This document shows positions 1 to 8,701 of a stretch of 64,000 nucleotides of DNA, one piece after another. How positions within the stretch are numbered: position 1 is the stretch's first letter; each line of letters starts with the position of its first letter. A model generated the notes under the pieces. It worked only from the letters and a program-made list of their open reading frames with translations, did no database searches and had not been told where the DNA came from. Both the position numbers and the translations under genes were made by a program. The stretch comes from Acidobacteriota bacterium. Lineage in GTDB: Bacteria > Acidobacteriota > Polarisedimenticolia > Polarisedimenticolales > DASRJG01. The stretch covers positions 5,189 through 69,188 of the forward strand of contig JBGQLU010000001.1 in NCBI GenBank assembly GCA_041500265.1. The letters are read 5' to 3'.

Positions 1-638
1 ACCGCGGTGGTCTTGCCGTCCCGTACCTCGACCGGCACGATCTCGTCCCGGAACTTCCCGGCGCGCCGCGCCGCCTCGCAGCGGTTCTGCGACAGCGCGG
101 CGTACCGGTCCTGCTCGTCCCGGCCGATCGCGTACTGCCGGGCGAGCGTTTCCGCCGTCTCGCCCATGATCTTGCCCGACAGCGGATCGAAGAACCCGTC
201 CTTCGACATCGCGTCGGCGATCTCCTTGTGTCCCATCCGGTACCCGAAGCGTGCGTCGAGCAGGAGATAGGGGACCCGGCTCATCGACTCCATGCCGCCG
301 GCGAGGACGACCTCGGCTTCCCCGAGCGCGACCGACCGCGCGGCGGCGAGGATCGCTTGCAAGCCGGAGAGGCACGCTTGGTTGATGCCGTAGGCGGGCT
401 TTCCGACCGGGATCCCCGCGCGCACCGCGACCTGACGGGCGGCGTTCGGGCCGCATCCGGCCTGGCGGGCGTGTCCGAAGATCGTCTGGTCCACGGTCTC
501 GGGCGAGACCCCCGCGCGGGCGACCGCGGCTCTGGCGGCGGCGATCCCGAGGTCCACGGCCGAAACGCTCGCGAGCCCCCCTCCGAAACGGCCGATGGGG
601 GTGCGCACGGGGGCGGCGAGAAAGACGTCCTTGCTCAC
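1..638 (-). CDS. acetyl-CoA C-acetyltransferase (thiolase), N-terminal part; gene runs off the left window edge
   Basis: This ORF is not in the track because it is open at the window edge. Read on the minus strand from GTG at 638 it gives VSKDVFLAAPVRTPIGRFGGGLASVSAVDLG...AYGINQACLSGLQAI. That is a thiolase N-terminus with the acyl-enzyme Cys motif NQxCxSG. Confidence 0.9.
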   Translation of the reverse strand, partial: MSKDVFLAAPVRTPIGRFGGGLASVSAVDLGIAAARAAVARAGVSPETVDQTIFGHARQAGCGPNAARQVAVRAGIPVGKPAYGINQACLSGLQAILAAARSVALGEAEVVLAGGMESMSRVPYLLLDARFGYRMGHKEIADAMSKDGFFDPLSGKIMGETAETLARQYAIGRDEQDRYAALSQNRCEAARRAGKFRDEIVPVEVRDGKTTA

Positions 639-736
639 GGGCGCTCCAGGGCCGGTCGTTATAGCACGCGCCCGTTTGACACCTCTCGGGGCGTGCCCAA
701 CAATTCCCCGGCCCGCCCTCCCGCAGGAGACCGACG

Positions 737-3700
737 ATGCGCCCCCCCCGCCTCGCGTTCGCCGTCGTCGGCCTTCTCGCCGCAGCGTTGGCGGCGCCGC
801 CCTTCCTCCTGGCGGACGACGCGGCCGTAGCCGGATTGTCCCTCGGCGTCACGCTCGATGCCTCGGCCCTGCCGGCGGAGACACCGCAGGACGTTCGCCT
901 CGCCGTCGATTGGGAGGCGATCGAGACCTCGCCCGGGGTCTTCGACTGGTCCTCGATAGAACCCAAGCTTGGCGACCTCCATGCGCGCGGGGCGAGGGTC
1001 ACTCTGGCCCTTCGAGGCGAGAACCCGCTTCACCCGCCGGGAGACCGGAAGGGAGACGCCCCGGACGGAGAGTGGCTGGCCGCCTGGACCGCGTTCGCCC
1101 GGAGCGCGGTGAAGACGTTCGGTGGAGCGATCGCCACGGTCGAGCTGGGCGAGCGCCCCGACCGCGACTGGTCGCCGGACGTCTATGCGTTCGTCCTGAA
1201 ATCCGCGGCGCTCGGAGCGCGCGCGGAAGCCAAGTCGGCCGTAGTTCCGATCCGCGTCGCCCAGGGCGCGGTCGGCGCGGAGTCGATCGACTGGGAGCGC
1301 GCCCTTCTCGATCGGGACGCCGCGGCCTACATCGACATCCTGCCGGTCGCCGTCGAGGCGGGCGCCGATCCGGCCGCGGCGGTCGCGGCGCTGCGCGACG
1401 CGGTGGTGCTGCACCCTCCGGCGCCCGAGATTCGTGTCCAAGCGTCGCCCGGAGAGCCCACGGCCCCCTGGTCCTCCCTGGCGACGGCCGTACGAGCGCT
1501 CCACGGCGGCGCGGCATCGGCGTTCGCGGTCGTGCCGGAGGAACCCGCCTCGCGCGACAGATTCGCGGGCGCCGCGGCCCGGCTCGCGAGCCGGCTCGCG
1601 GACGGTTACGCGCCGGCGCCGGCGGGAGGGATCGCGGTCGTCGCCCCCGACGGCTCCGCCCCTCCGGATGCGGTGGTTCTGGGCCGGTTCCTACGCGGGA
1701 AAGACTTCGTGACCCTGGTCGTCTACGAGGCGCCGCTCGATGCGGGGAGCGACGGGCAGGCCCGCCTCCTCCTCGACACGATCGACGTCAAGGAGCCGGC
1801 GGTCGTCGATCCGGTCGCCGACGCCGAATACAAGACCGGGCCGGCCCAGGTCCCCGGCACCACGAAGCGGGCGCTGCGCGTGCTCCTCGCCGACCACCCG
1901 ATGGTGGTGACGTGGAGCCGTGTCTCGGCGAACCTCCCGGGGCTCGAGGTCGGTCCGGAGGACGTCGCGGTCAAGACGACGCGCGGGCTGACGGCCCAGG
2001 AGATCATCGCGCGCCACCAGGAAGTCCAGAAGGTTCAGGACGACCACCTGGAGCGGTGGACCGCGACGGGCCGGGTCGATTTTCACTTCAAGCTCGCGCA
2101 GGGAGGCTCCTCGATCGACGTGGCGATCGAGAGCAACTACTTCTGGCGCCGCGGCGGCAAGCTCGAGTGGGAGCAGGCGCGCTACTGGATCAACGGGAAC
2201 ATCGTCACCTGGAAGCGCATCCCGGAGCTTCCGTTCCTCCAACCCGAAAAGGTCGTCACGCTCCCCCTCGACCTGACCTTCGACAAATCGTACGACTACC
2301 GCCTGGTGGGGGAGGACACGGTGGGAGGGCGCGCGGCGTACGTGCTCGCCTTCGAGCCGACGGCCGACCGGGCGCGCGACAGCCTCTACCGGGGAAAGGT
2401 CTTCATCGACAAGGAGACCTTCGTCCGCCTCCGGACCTCGGTCGTCCAGACGAACATGGTCGCGCCGGTCCTCTCGAACGAGGAGACCGATACCTACGTC
2501 CCGGTCGTGGGGCCCGACGGCGGGACGTACACGGTGATCGGACGGGTGGACGGGCAGCAGCTCTGGACCGGAGGCGGGCGGAACTTCGTCGTCCGGCGCG
2601 AGCTGGCCTTCGGATCGTTCGCGATCAACCCGCCCCAGGAAACGTTCGACGCGGCCTTGAAGGACGCCTACGCCTCCACGCACCAGATGCTCCGCGACAC
2701 CGACACGGGGTTCCGCTACCTCGAGAAAACCCCGGACGGCGGCCGCCAGGTGCAGCAGCATCCGAAGACCGATGCCCTGTTCCTGCTCGCGGGCGCTTTC
2801 AAGGACAACTCGATCGCCTCGGTCGTCCCGCTGGCGGGAGTGAACTGGTTCGACTACGACCTGTTCAAGAAGAAGATCCAGATCGACGTCTTCTTCGCCG
2901 GCGTGTATGCCTTCGTCAACCTCACGGACCCGTCGCTCGGCGGGACCAAGGTGGACCTCGGCGCCGAGGCGTCCCTGGTCGGCCTCAAGCTCGACGACAC
3001 GCTCTATGTCGACGGCGTCGAAGACGTCACGCAGCGGGTGCGCCGGCGCAGCCAGTACCTGACCGGGCGGGTCGGGTACCCGCTCGGCAATTTCTTCAAG
3101 CTCACCGGGATCGGCGATCTGACGTGGAACCAGTACACGGAGAGCTCGGACGCGCTGGACGCCCTCGCGAAGCAGAACGCGAACAACCTTCCGACCGACC
3201 CCGACCTGGCGTTCGCGCTTCCCGCGAACCACCAGGTCTATGCGGGAACGTTCCAGGTGGAATTCAACCGGAAGGGGTACTCGGTCACCGCGGCGGGGAG
3301 CTACTCGCGACGGTCGTCCTGGCAACAGTGGGGACTCTTCGAAACGGCGACCGGCGCCTTCGTCGACACGACGTTCAGCTCGAAGCAGCAATCGTTCGAG
3401 AACTGGAAGCTCACGGCGTTCAAGGAGTGGTACCTGCCGAAGTTCCAGAAGCTGAAGCTGGAGCTCGACTACCTCGACGGGTCGAACCTCGACCGGTTCA
3501 GCCAGTACCGCTTCGGCGCGTTCGGCGACGAGAGCCTCGTCGGCTTCTCGGGAACCGGCGTGCGCTTCGACACCGGTTACATCGCCCGAGGCGGCTGGGC
3601 GTTCAACATCATGGACGTCGTCCGGTTCGACCTGATCGCCGAGACCTCCCACGTGCGGGACCGCAGCGTCGACGACCGCTTCCGCGATTACACCGGGGCC

Positions 3701-3832
3701 GGATTCTCGGGAAACGTGGTCGGCCCCTGGAAGACGATCTGGCAGTTCAGCTACGGGCGCGCGATCCTCTCCGACATCCCTGCGCTTCGCGGGGATCAGG
3801 AGTTCCGGGTCGTGGTATTGAAGCTGTTCTGA
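737..3832 (+). CDS. large secreted outer-membrane protein of unknown function (glycoside-hydrolase-like region + LolA-like region + C-terminal beta-barrel)
   Basis: 1031-aa ORF with signal peptide MRPPRLAFAVVGLLAAALAAPPFLLA. The N-terminal ~300 aa resemble a TIM-barrel glycosidase (DWEAIETSPGVFDWSSIEPKL). The middle (TGRVDFHFKL...AAYVLAFEP...LYRGKVFIDKETF) resembles the LolA-like lipoprotein-sorting fold. The C-terminal ~400 aa have an alternating strand pattern and end ...EFRVVVLKLF, with the terminal Phe typical of outer-membrane barrels. Domain calls are from recall only. Confidence 0.6.
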   Translation: MRPPRLAFAVVGLLAAALAAPPFLLADDAAVAGLSLGVTLDASALPAETPQDVRLAVDWEAIETSPGVFDWSSIEPKLGDLHARGARVTLALRGENPLHPPGDRKGDAPDGEWLAAWTAFARSAVKTFGGAIATVELGERPDRDWSPDVYAFVLKSAALGARAEAKSAVVPIRVAQGAVGAESIDWERALLDRDAAAYIDILPVAVEAGADPAAAVAALRDAVVLHPPAPEIRVQASPGEPTAPWSSLATAVRALHGGAASAFAVVPEEPASRDRFAGAAARLASRLADGYAPAPAGGIAVVAPDGSAPPDAVVLGRFLRGKDFVTLVVYEAPLDAGSDGQARLLLDTIDVKEPAVVDPVADAEYKTGPAQVPGTTKRALRVLLADHPMVVTWSRVSANLPGLEVGPEDVAVKTTRGLTAQEIIARHQEVQKVQDDHLERWTATGRVDFHFKLAQGGSSIDVAIESNYFWRRGGKLEWEQARYWINGNIVTWKRIPELPFLQPEKVVTLPLDLTFDKSYDYRLVGEDTVGGRAAYVLAFEPTADRARDSLYRGKVFIDKETFVRLRTSVVQTNMVAPVLSNEETDTYVPVVGPDGGTYTVIGRVDGQQLWTGGGRNFVVRRELAFGSFAINPPQETFDAALKDAYASTHQMLRDTDTGFRYLEKTPDGGRQVQQHPKTDALFLLAGAFKDNSIASVVPLAGVNWFDYDLFKKKIQIDVFFAGVYAFVNLTDPSLGGTKVDLGAEASLVGLKLDDTLYVDGVEDVTQRVRRRSQYLTGRVGYPLGNFFKLTGIGDLTWNQYTESSDALDALAKQNANNLPTDPDLAFALPANHQVYAGTFQVEFNRKGYSVTAAGSYSRRSSWQQWGLFETATGAFVDTTFSSKQQSFENWKLTAFKEWYLPKFQKLKLELDYLDGSNLDRFSQYRFGAFGDESLVGFSGTGVRFDTGYIARGGWAFNIMDVVRFDLIAETSHVRDRSVDDRFRDYTGAGFSGNVVGPWKTIWQFSYGRAILSDIPALRGDQEFRVVVLKLF

Positions 3833-3853
3833 AGGGGCGGTAACGACGAAATC

Positions 3854-4576
3854 ATGTCACGGATAACCTCATGGCTCGATGGGAAGGCGTATCCCCACCA
3901 CGCCGACAACTGGGACAACACCCTTTTTCGCGAGGCGGTGACCGAGCAGATGCGCGGCGTGAAGGACGTCCTGGATCTCGGCGCCGGCGCCGGAATCGTG
4001 AGGGAGCTGGACCTCCGGGGCTTGGGCCCGCGAGTCCACGGCATCGATCTCGATCCACGCGTGCTCGACAACCCGTGTCTCGACGACGCCCGCATCGGCC
4101 GCGCCGAGGACATTCCTTACCCGGAGGGGAGTTTCGACCTCGTCTTCTGCAACAACGTCCTCGAGCACCTGCCGGATCCGGAACGAGCGTTTGCCGAAGT
4201 CGCTCGGGTGCTCCGTCCGGGTGGCGTCTTTCTCGCCAAGACACCGAACCGCTGGCATTACGTCGCGCTCCTCGCGCAGCTCACCCCGCATCGTGTCCAC
4301 GAGCTCGTCAACGAGTGGCGGGGGCGCGAGCGGGAAGACACGTTTCCCACCCTCTACCGGGCCAACAGCGGCTCGGCGCTGCGAAAGTGGGCTGCCGCCG
4401 CCGGTCTGGAGGTCGAGCGGATCCGGCGCGTCGAAGGCCGCCCTGAGTACCTGCGCCTGTTCGCGCCGGCCTACCTCCTCGGGATCGCGTACGAGCGGAT
4501 CGTCAACGCGACGGATGCGCTCGCTCCGGTGCGAGTCATCTTGATCGCCACGTTCAGGAAGCCGCGGACTTCTTGA
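3854..4576 (+). CDS. class I SAM-dependent methyltransferase
   Basis: 240 aa. SAM motif I is VLDLGAGAGIV, followed by FDLVFCNNVLEHLPDPERAFAEVARVLRPGGVF (Methyltransf_11-like). Confidence 0.85.
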   Translation: MSRITSWLDGKAYPHHADNWDNTLFREAVTEQMRGVKDVLDLGAGAGIVRELDLRGLGPRVHGIDLDPRVLDNPCLDDARIGRAEDIPYPEGSFDLVFCNNVLEHLPDPERAFAEVARVLRPGGVFLAKTPNRWHYVALLAQLTPHRVHELVNEWRGREREDTFPTLYRANSGSALRKWAAAAGLEVERIRRVEGRPEYLRLFAPAYLLGIAYERIVNATDALAPVRVILIATFRKPRTS

Positions 4577-4589
4577 GTCGATCGACTCA
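4574..4589. repeat. 16-nt perfect palindrome TGAGTCGATCGACTCA containing both convergent stop codons
   Basis: Read directly from the sequence. TGA at 4574-4576 ends the plus-strand methyltransferase, and TCA at 4587-4589 is the TGA stop of the minus-strand Kelch gene. Confidence 0.8.
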
Positions 4590-7500
4590 CGGACACGGAT
4601 TGCTGTTCGGCCTCGGCGCTCCTGCGCTGTTCGTGCCCAAACTCCCCTCGACCCCGCCGGTCACTCCCGTCACCAGGCTGTAACGGACCTGTCCCGGGCC
4701 GGGCAGGGCGAGATCCTGCACGAACGTATCGGCGACGGCACACTGCCGGTCGGCCAAGGGATTCGAGCCGGGCGGCTGGGTGTACACCCCGGTGCTCTTC
4801 AGGACCGACATGTCTCCTTCGTAGACGTTCCACACCGTCGGCCCCGTTTCCGGTTGCCACTCGATGTAGTTCCTATCGTCGGTTCCGAAGATGTAGATCA
4901 ACCCGTCGTTCAGGTCGCAGGCATCCCCTTCGCCGTCGTGGTCGAAATCGCTCTGCCCCGGGTTGAACTGGAACAGGCAGTTGTCGCACACGTCCCCGGC
5001 CCTGTCGCCGTCACTGTCGGCCTGGGAGGGATTGGCGTCGCTCGGACAGTTGTCGCACGGGTTGCCGAGACCATCGGCGTCGGCATCGGCCTGATTCGCA
5101 TTCGCGACCGAGAGGCAGTTGTCGCAGGCATTGCCGACCTTGTCGCCGTCGCTGTCGGTTTGCGAGGCATTGGCGACGGTGCGGCAGTTATCGCAGGCGT
5201 TGTGCACTCCGTCGCCGTCGCTGTCCTCTCCGAGCGCGTCCTCGTCCACCCGCCCGTTGCAGTTGTCGTCGATCCCGTTGCAAATCTCCGTCGCCCCGGG
5301 ATGGATCGCGGCGTTGGCGTCGTTGCAGTCGTTCTGGCAGATCCGGAAGCCGTCTCCGTCGGCATCGGCTTCGTTTGAGGGAACCGTCGGCCACGACGGG
5401 TCCGAGCAGTTGTTGTTCTTCCCGTCGCACAGTTGCGGCGCGCCGGGATACACGGTGGCGTCGCCATCGTTGCAGTCGCCTGCGCAAACCCGGAACGCGT
5501 CGCCGTCGGCGTTCGCCTCGTTGGCCGGGACGGCGGGCCAGCTCGGATCGCTGCAGTTGTTGTTCTTGCCGTCGCAGAGCTGCGCCGCGCCGGGATAGAC
5601 CGTCGGATCCGAGTCGTTGCAGTCGCCCGTGGCCGCCACGTATCCCGCGGGTGGAAGACCTGCGCACGCGGTCGCAGTGGACGAGCTGCTCCCAAACCCG
5701 TCGCCGTCGGAGTCTCGATAGAATGTCGTGGCCGTCGAGCAGGCGCAGTACCTTCCGCCGCTGGCAGTCGCAGGCGTCCCACCCCACACGATCATCTCGG
5801 AGCCCGTCCAGACTCCGGTGTGTCTCGACCTGGGGTCGGGGGCCAAGTCCGATGCGACCGGCCGCCAACTGTCGGAGGACGGGTTGTAGCGGCCCCCACT
5901 GTCGAGCAGCGCGCCATTGAATGTTCCGCCCCACACGACCATCTCGATCCCCGTCCAAACCGCCGAGTGCAGCGAACGCCCTTGCGGCGCATCCACCGTG
6001 CTCGTACCGATCCAACCCCCACCGGGCGCGTACCTCGCGCCGGTGTTCAGGTCGATGACCGAGTGGCCGCCCCAGATGATCATCTCGTGTCCGGTCCAGA
6101 CGGCGGTATGGTTGGGCCGGGGAGACGGTGCGCCGGCCGTCGGGACGTCGGTCCACGAATCGCTCGACGGGTCGTAGCGGCCGCCCGTGTTGAGGTCGCT
6201 CGCGTTGGAGCCGCCCCACACGATCATTTCCGCGCCGGTCCACACGGCGGTGTGGAATCTGCGGGCGGACGGTGCGCCTGCGGTGGCGGTGGGCGTCCAC
6301 GTATCGCTCGAGCGGTCGTACGATCCTCCGGTGTTGACGGCCGCCGTTCCGGCACCACCCCACACGATCATCTTGGCGCCGGTCCACACCGCCGAGTGGG
6401 AATCGCGCGCGGACGGCGCGCCGGCGACCGCGGTGGCGACCCAGCTGTCACTGGCCGGGTCATATCGTGCTCCGGTCGAGGTGTCCGGAGATCCTCCCCA
6501 GACGATCATCTCGGTCCCCGTCCAGACCGCCGTATGGCTCTGTCGCGCCGAAGGGGCGTTCAGCGTCGAGGTGGGCGTGAACCGGTCGAGGGCAGGGTCA
6601 TACCGGGCCCCAGTATTGAGAGCCGGCCCCGGTCCGACGATCATGCCTCCCCAGACGATCATCTCGGTCCCGGTCCAGACCGCGGTGTCAAGATCCCGTG
6701 CGGTCGGCATGCTCCCGGCGTTCGTGGGGACCCAGGCGTCGGTGGCGGGCGAGTATCGGCCACCGGTGTTCAGATTGATCCCCGTGCCGGTGGCCCCGCC
6801 CCAGACGATCATTTCGGTCCCCGTCCAAACGGCGGTCGGTGTCGAACGTCCCGAGGGTGCGTTCAGGGTGCTGGTCGGAGCCCAGCTATCCGTTGGCGGG
6901 TCATAACGGCTTCCCGTGTTGCTCCCGTTGCCTCCCCAAACGATCATCTTCCCGCCCGTCCAGACGGAGGTGTGGCCGACACGAGCGAAGGGAACCCCAG
7001 CGCCGGTCGACGTGGCCGTCCAGGAGTCGCCCGACGGGCTGTAGCGACCGCCGGTATTCGTATTGCCTCCGGGGGTATGTCCGCCCCAGACGATCATCTC
7101 GGATCCGGTCCAGACGGCGGTGTGCTGGTCCCGTGCCGTCGGCGCCCCGGCCAGGTTCGTCGACACCCACTGATCGGTGGCCGGGCTATACCGCCCCCCG
7201 GTGTTGCTCTCAGGAGTTCCTCCCCAGACGATCATCTCGGATCCGGACCAGACGGCGGTATGGAGCGAGCGACCGAACGGAGCGTTCGTCGTGCTGGTCG
7301 CGATCCAGCTGTCGGTCGCCGGATTGTACCGACCCCCGGTATTGAGCGACGCGTTGCCGCCCCAGATGATCATCTCGGATCCGGTCCAGACCGCCGTGTG
7401 ATCCTGACGTCCGGTGGGTTCGCCCGTGATCGTCGTCGGAAGCCAGCTGTCGGTCATCGGGTCGTAGCGACCTCCGGTGAAGCCGGCGTTCCCGGGCAGC

Positions 7501-8669
7501 CCGCCCCAGACGATCATGCGCGATCCGGTCCAAACGGCCGTGTGGTGGGACCGCCTTCCCGGCGAGCCCACAAGGTTGGTCAGCGTCCACGAGTCGGTTG
7601 CCGGGCTGTAGCGCCCCCCCGAGTTGAGCGTGGCCGGCGTGACGCTGAACTGGTTCTCTCCCCCCCAGACGATCATCTCCGAGCCGGTCCATACGGCCGT
7701 GTGGTTGACGCGACCGTCGGGCACGTCGAGAAACGTCCTGGTCCACGAGTCGTCGGCACAGCCTTGGCCGGTTGGCGCCGTCAACATGTAGGGTACGATT
7801 GGGGCGCTGACCGTGGGGTCGACCGTCGCTCGCTGCGTCGCCCACCAGGTGTCGAACGGGAGCTTGTCCCACGTGACGGAAGCGACCTTGACCCGATCGG
7901 ACTCCCGCTCGAGGATCGCGACGACCTGGAGCGAGTCCGGTCGCTCGTCCAAGCGGCTGACCTTCATCACGGGGAGCGCATCCGGCGAAGGGACCCCGAA
8001 CCGACCGGCGAGTCGCTCCATCTGTTCCTGCCACTCCTCTCCGTCGAGCACGCTCTCCTCGGGCCCGCGTTCGCGCTGAGCCTGGTCCGAGCCCTTCGCT
8101 TCGAGCAACCACGTAAGCTCCGAGTAGGTACCTCCCATGGACGGCAAGTCGAGGGGCTCCCGGGCGCGAGCCAGCGCGCCTGCCGCGTCTCGGCGAAGAG
8201 CGCCGTGGAATCTTTCGTCGCTCGCGAACCAATTGCGAATGAGACGGTCGGCCAGGATGGGACGCGCCACGCATTCCGCGATCACGAACGGGTCGTTCCC
8301 GAGCGAGGCGAACAGTTCGCGGAGCATCTCGGGATCCCGAGACCGGTTCACCGTCCGGTCGATTTCGGCCTGGAGTTGAACCCCTGTCAACGGTCGGTGC
8401 CAGAACGCATCGAGCGCATTCGACTTCTTGAGGTAGTCTTCGACCTTCGCGCGTATCGCAGCGTCAGGCATGACCTCGGACAGCGTCGGCTTGGGGCCGG
8501 GGTTGTCCGTGGGCCAGATCCGATGCCGCCAGTACACCTCGTCGATCGCCTTCTGCGCGGCGACACGGTCTTCGATGGTGAGCGTACGCGGCGAAGCCGC
8601 CACGGATGTCACGCCGATCAGCAACCCTGCGATCGCACCGGTCGCCGTTCGAGCGATTTGCGTGTTCAT
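4587..8669 (-). CDS. secreted 14-blade Kelch-repeat / MopE-like Cys-module / TSP3-repeat protein (downstream paralog)
   Basis: 1360 aa. GGGAGG lies ~8 nt upstream of the ATG. Signal peptide MNTQIARTATGAIAGLLIGVTSVAAS. I count 14 copies of H[TS]AVWTGxEMIVWGG, 3 modules of the type CNDxDxxxYPGAxQLCDGKNNNC, and repeats of the type DSDGDxVGNACDNC. Confidence 0.85.
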   Translation of the reverse strand: MNTQIARTATGAIAGLLIGVTSVAASPRTLTIEDRVAAQKAIDEVYWRHRIWPTDNPGPKPTLSEVMPDAAIRAKVEDYLKKSNALDAFWHRPLTGVQLQAEIDRTVNRSRDPEMLRELFASLGNDPFVIAECVARPILADRLIRNWFASDERFHGALRRDAAGALARAREPLDLPSMGGTYSELTWLLEAKGSDQAQRERGPEESVLDGEEWQEQMERLAGRFGVPSPDALPVMKVSRLDERPDSLQVVAILERESDRVKVASVTWDKLPFDTWWATQRATVDPTVSAPIVPYMLTAPTGQGCADDSWTRTFLDVPDGRVNHTAVWTGSEMIVWGGENQFSVTPATLNSGGRYSPATDSWTLTNLVGSPGRRSHHTAVWTGSRMIVWGGLPGNAGFTGGRYDPMTDSWLPTTITGEPTGRQDHTAVWTGSEMIIWGGNASLNTGGRYNPATDSWIATSTTNAPFGRSLHTAVWSGSEMIVWGGTPESNTGGRYSPATDQWVSTNLAGAPTARDQHTAVWTGSEMIVWGGHTPGGNTNTGGRYSPSGDSWTATSTGAGVPFARVGHTSVWTGGKMIVWGGNGSNTGSRYDPPTDSWAPTSTLNAPSGRSTPTAVWTGTEMIVWGGATGTGINLNTGGRYSPATDAWVPTNAGSMPTARDLDTAVWTGTEMIVWGGMIVGPGPALNTGARYDPALDRFTPTSTLNAPSARQSHTAVWTGTEMIVWGGSPDTSTGARYDPASDSWVATAVAGAPSARDSHSAVWTGAKMIVWGGAGTAAVNTGGSYDRSSDTWTPTATAGAPSARRFHTAVWTGAEMIVWGGSNASDLNTGGRYDPSSDSWTDVPTAGAPSPRPNHTAVWTGHEMIIWGGHSVIDLNTGARYAPGGGWIGTSTVDAPQGRSLHSAVWTGIEMVVWGGTFNGALLDSGGRYNPSSDSWRPVASDLAPDPRSRHTGVWTGSEMIVWGGTPATASGGRYCACSTATTFYRDSDGDGFGSSSSTATACAGLPPAGYVAATGDCNDSDPTVYPGAAQLCDGKNNNCSDPSWPAVPANEANADGDAFRVCAGDCNDGDATVYPGAPQLCDGKNNNCSDPSWPTVPSNEADADGDGFRICQNDCNDANAAIHPGATEICNGIDDNCNGRVDEDALGEDSDGDGVHNACDNCRTVANASQTDSDGDKVGNACDNCLSVANANQADADADGLGNPCDNCPSDANPSQADSDGDRAGDVCDNCLFQFNPGQSDFDHDGEGDACDLNDGLIYIFGTDDRNYIEWQPETGPTVWNVYEGDMSVLKSTGVYTQPPGSNPLADRQCAVADTFVQDLALPGPGQVRYSLVTGVTGGVEGSLGTNSAGAPRPNSNPCP
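5256..5577 (-). repeat. near-identical ~320-nt tract shared with 9371..9692 (copy 1)
   Basis: By eye I count about 8 mismatches over ~300 aligned nt against 9371..9692. The flanking Kelch and TSP3 regions of the two paralogs are clearly more diverged. Confidence 0.8.
5745..7760 (-). repeat. intragenic tandem coding repeats (14 Kelch blades, period about 144-150 nt)
   Basis: The WTG...VWGG signature recurs at ~48-50 aa spacing in ORF 4587..8669. Boundaries are approximate, from CADDSW to GGRYCAC. Confidence 0.8.
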
Positions 8670-8701
8670 CTTCCCGCCTCCCTATGCCGACGCCCTCACC
8701 C

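Noticed and set aside
595-3843. 1082-aa plus-strand ORF overlapping the 1031-aa ORF 737..3832 in another frame
   Set aside because: The translation is an Arg/Gly/Pro/Ala-rich low-complexity string (…RRGRSRIVPRRHARCLGPAGG…), typical of out-of-frame reading of high-GC DNA. The 737 frame has a signal peptide, balanced composition and recognisable domains.
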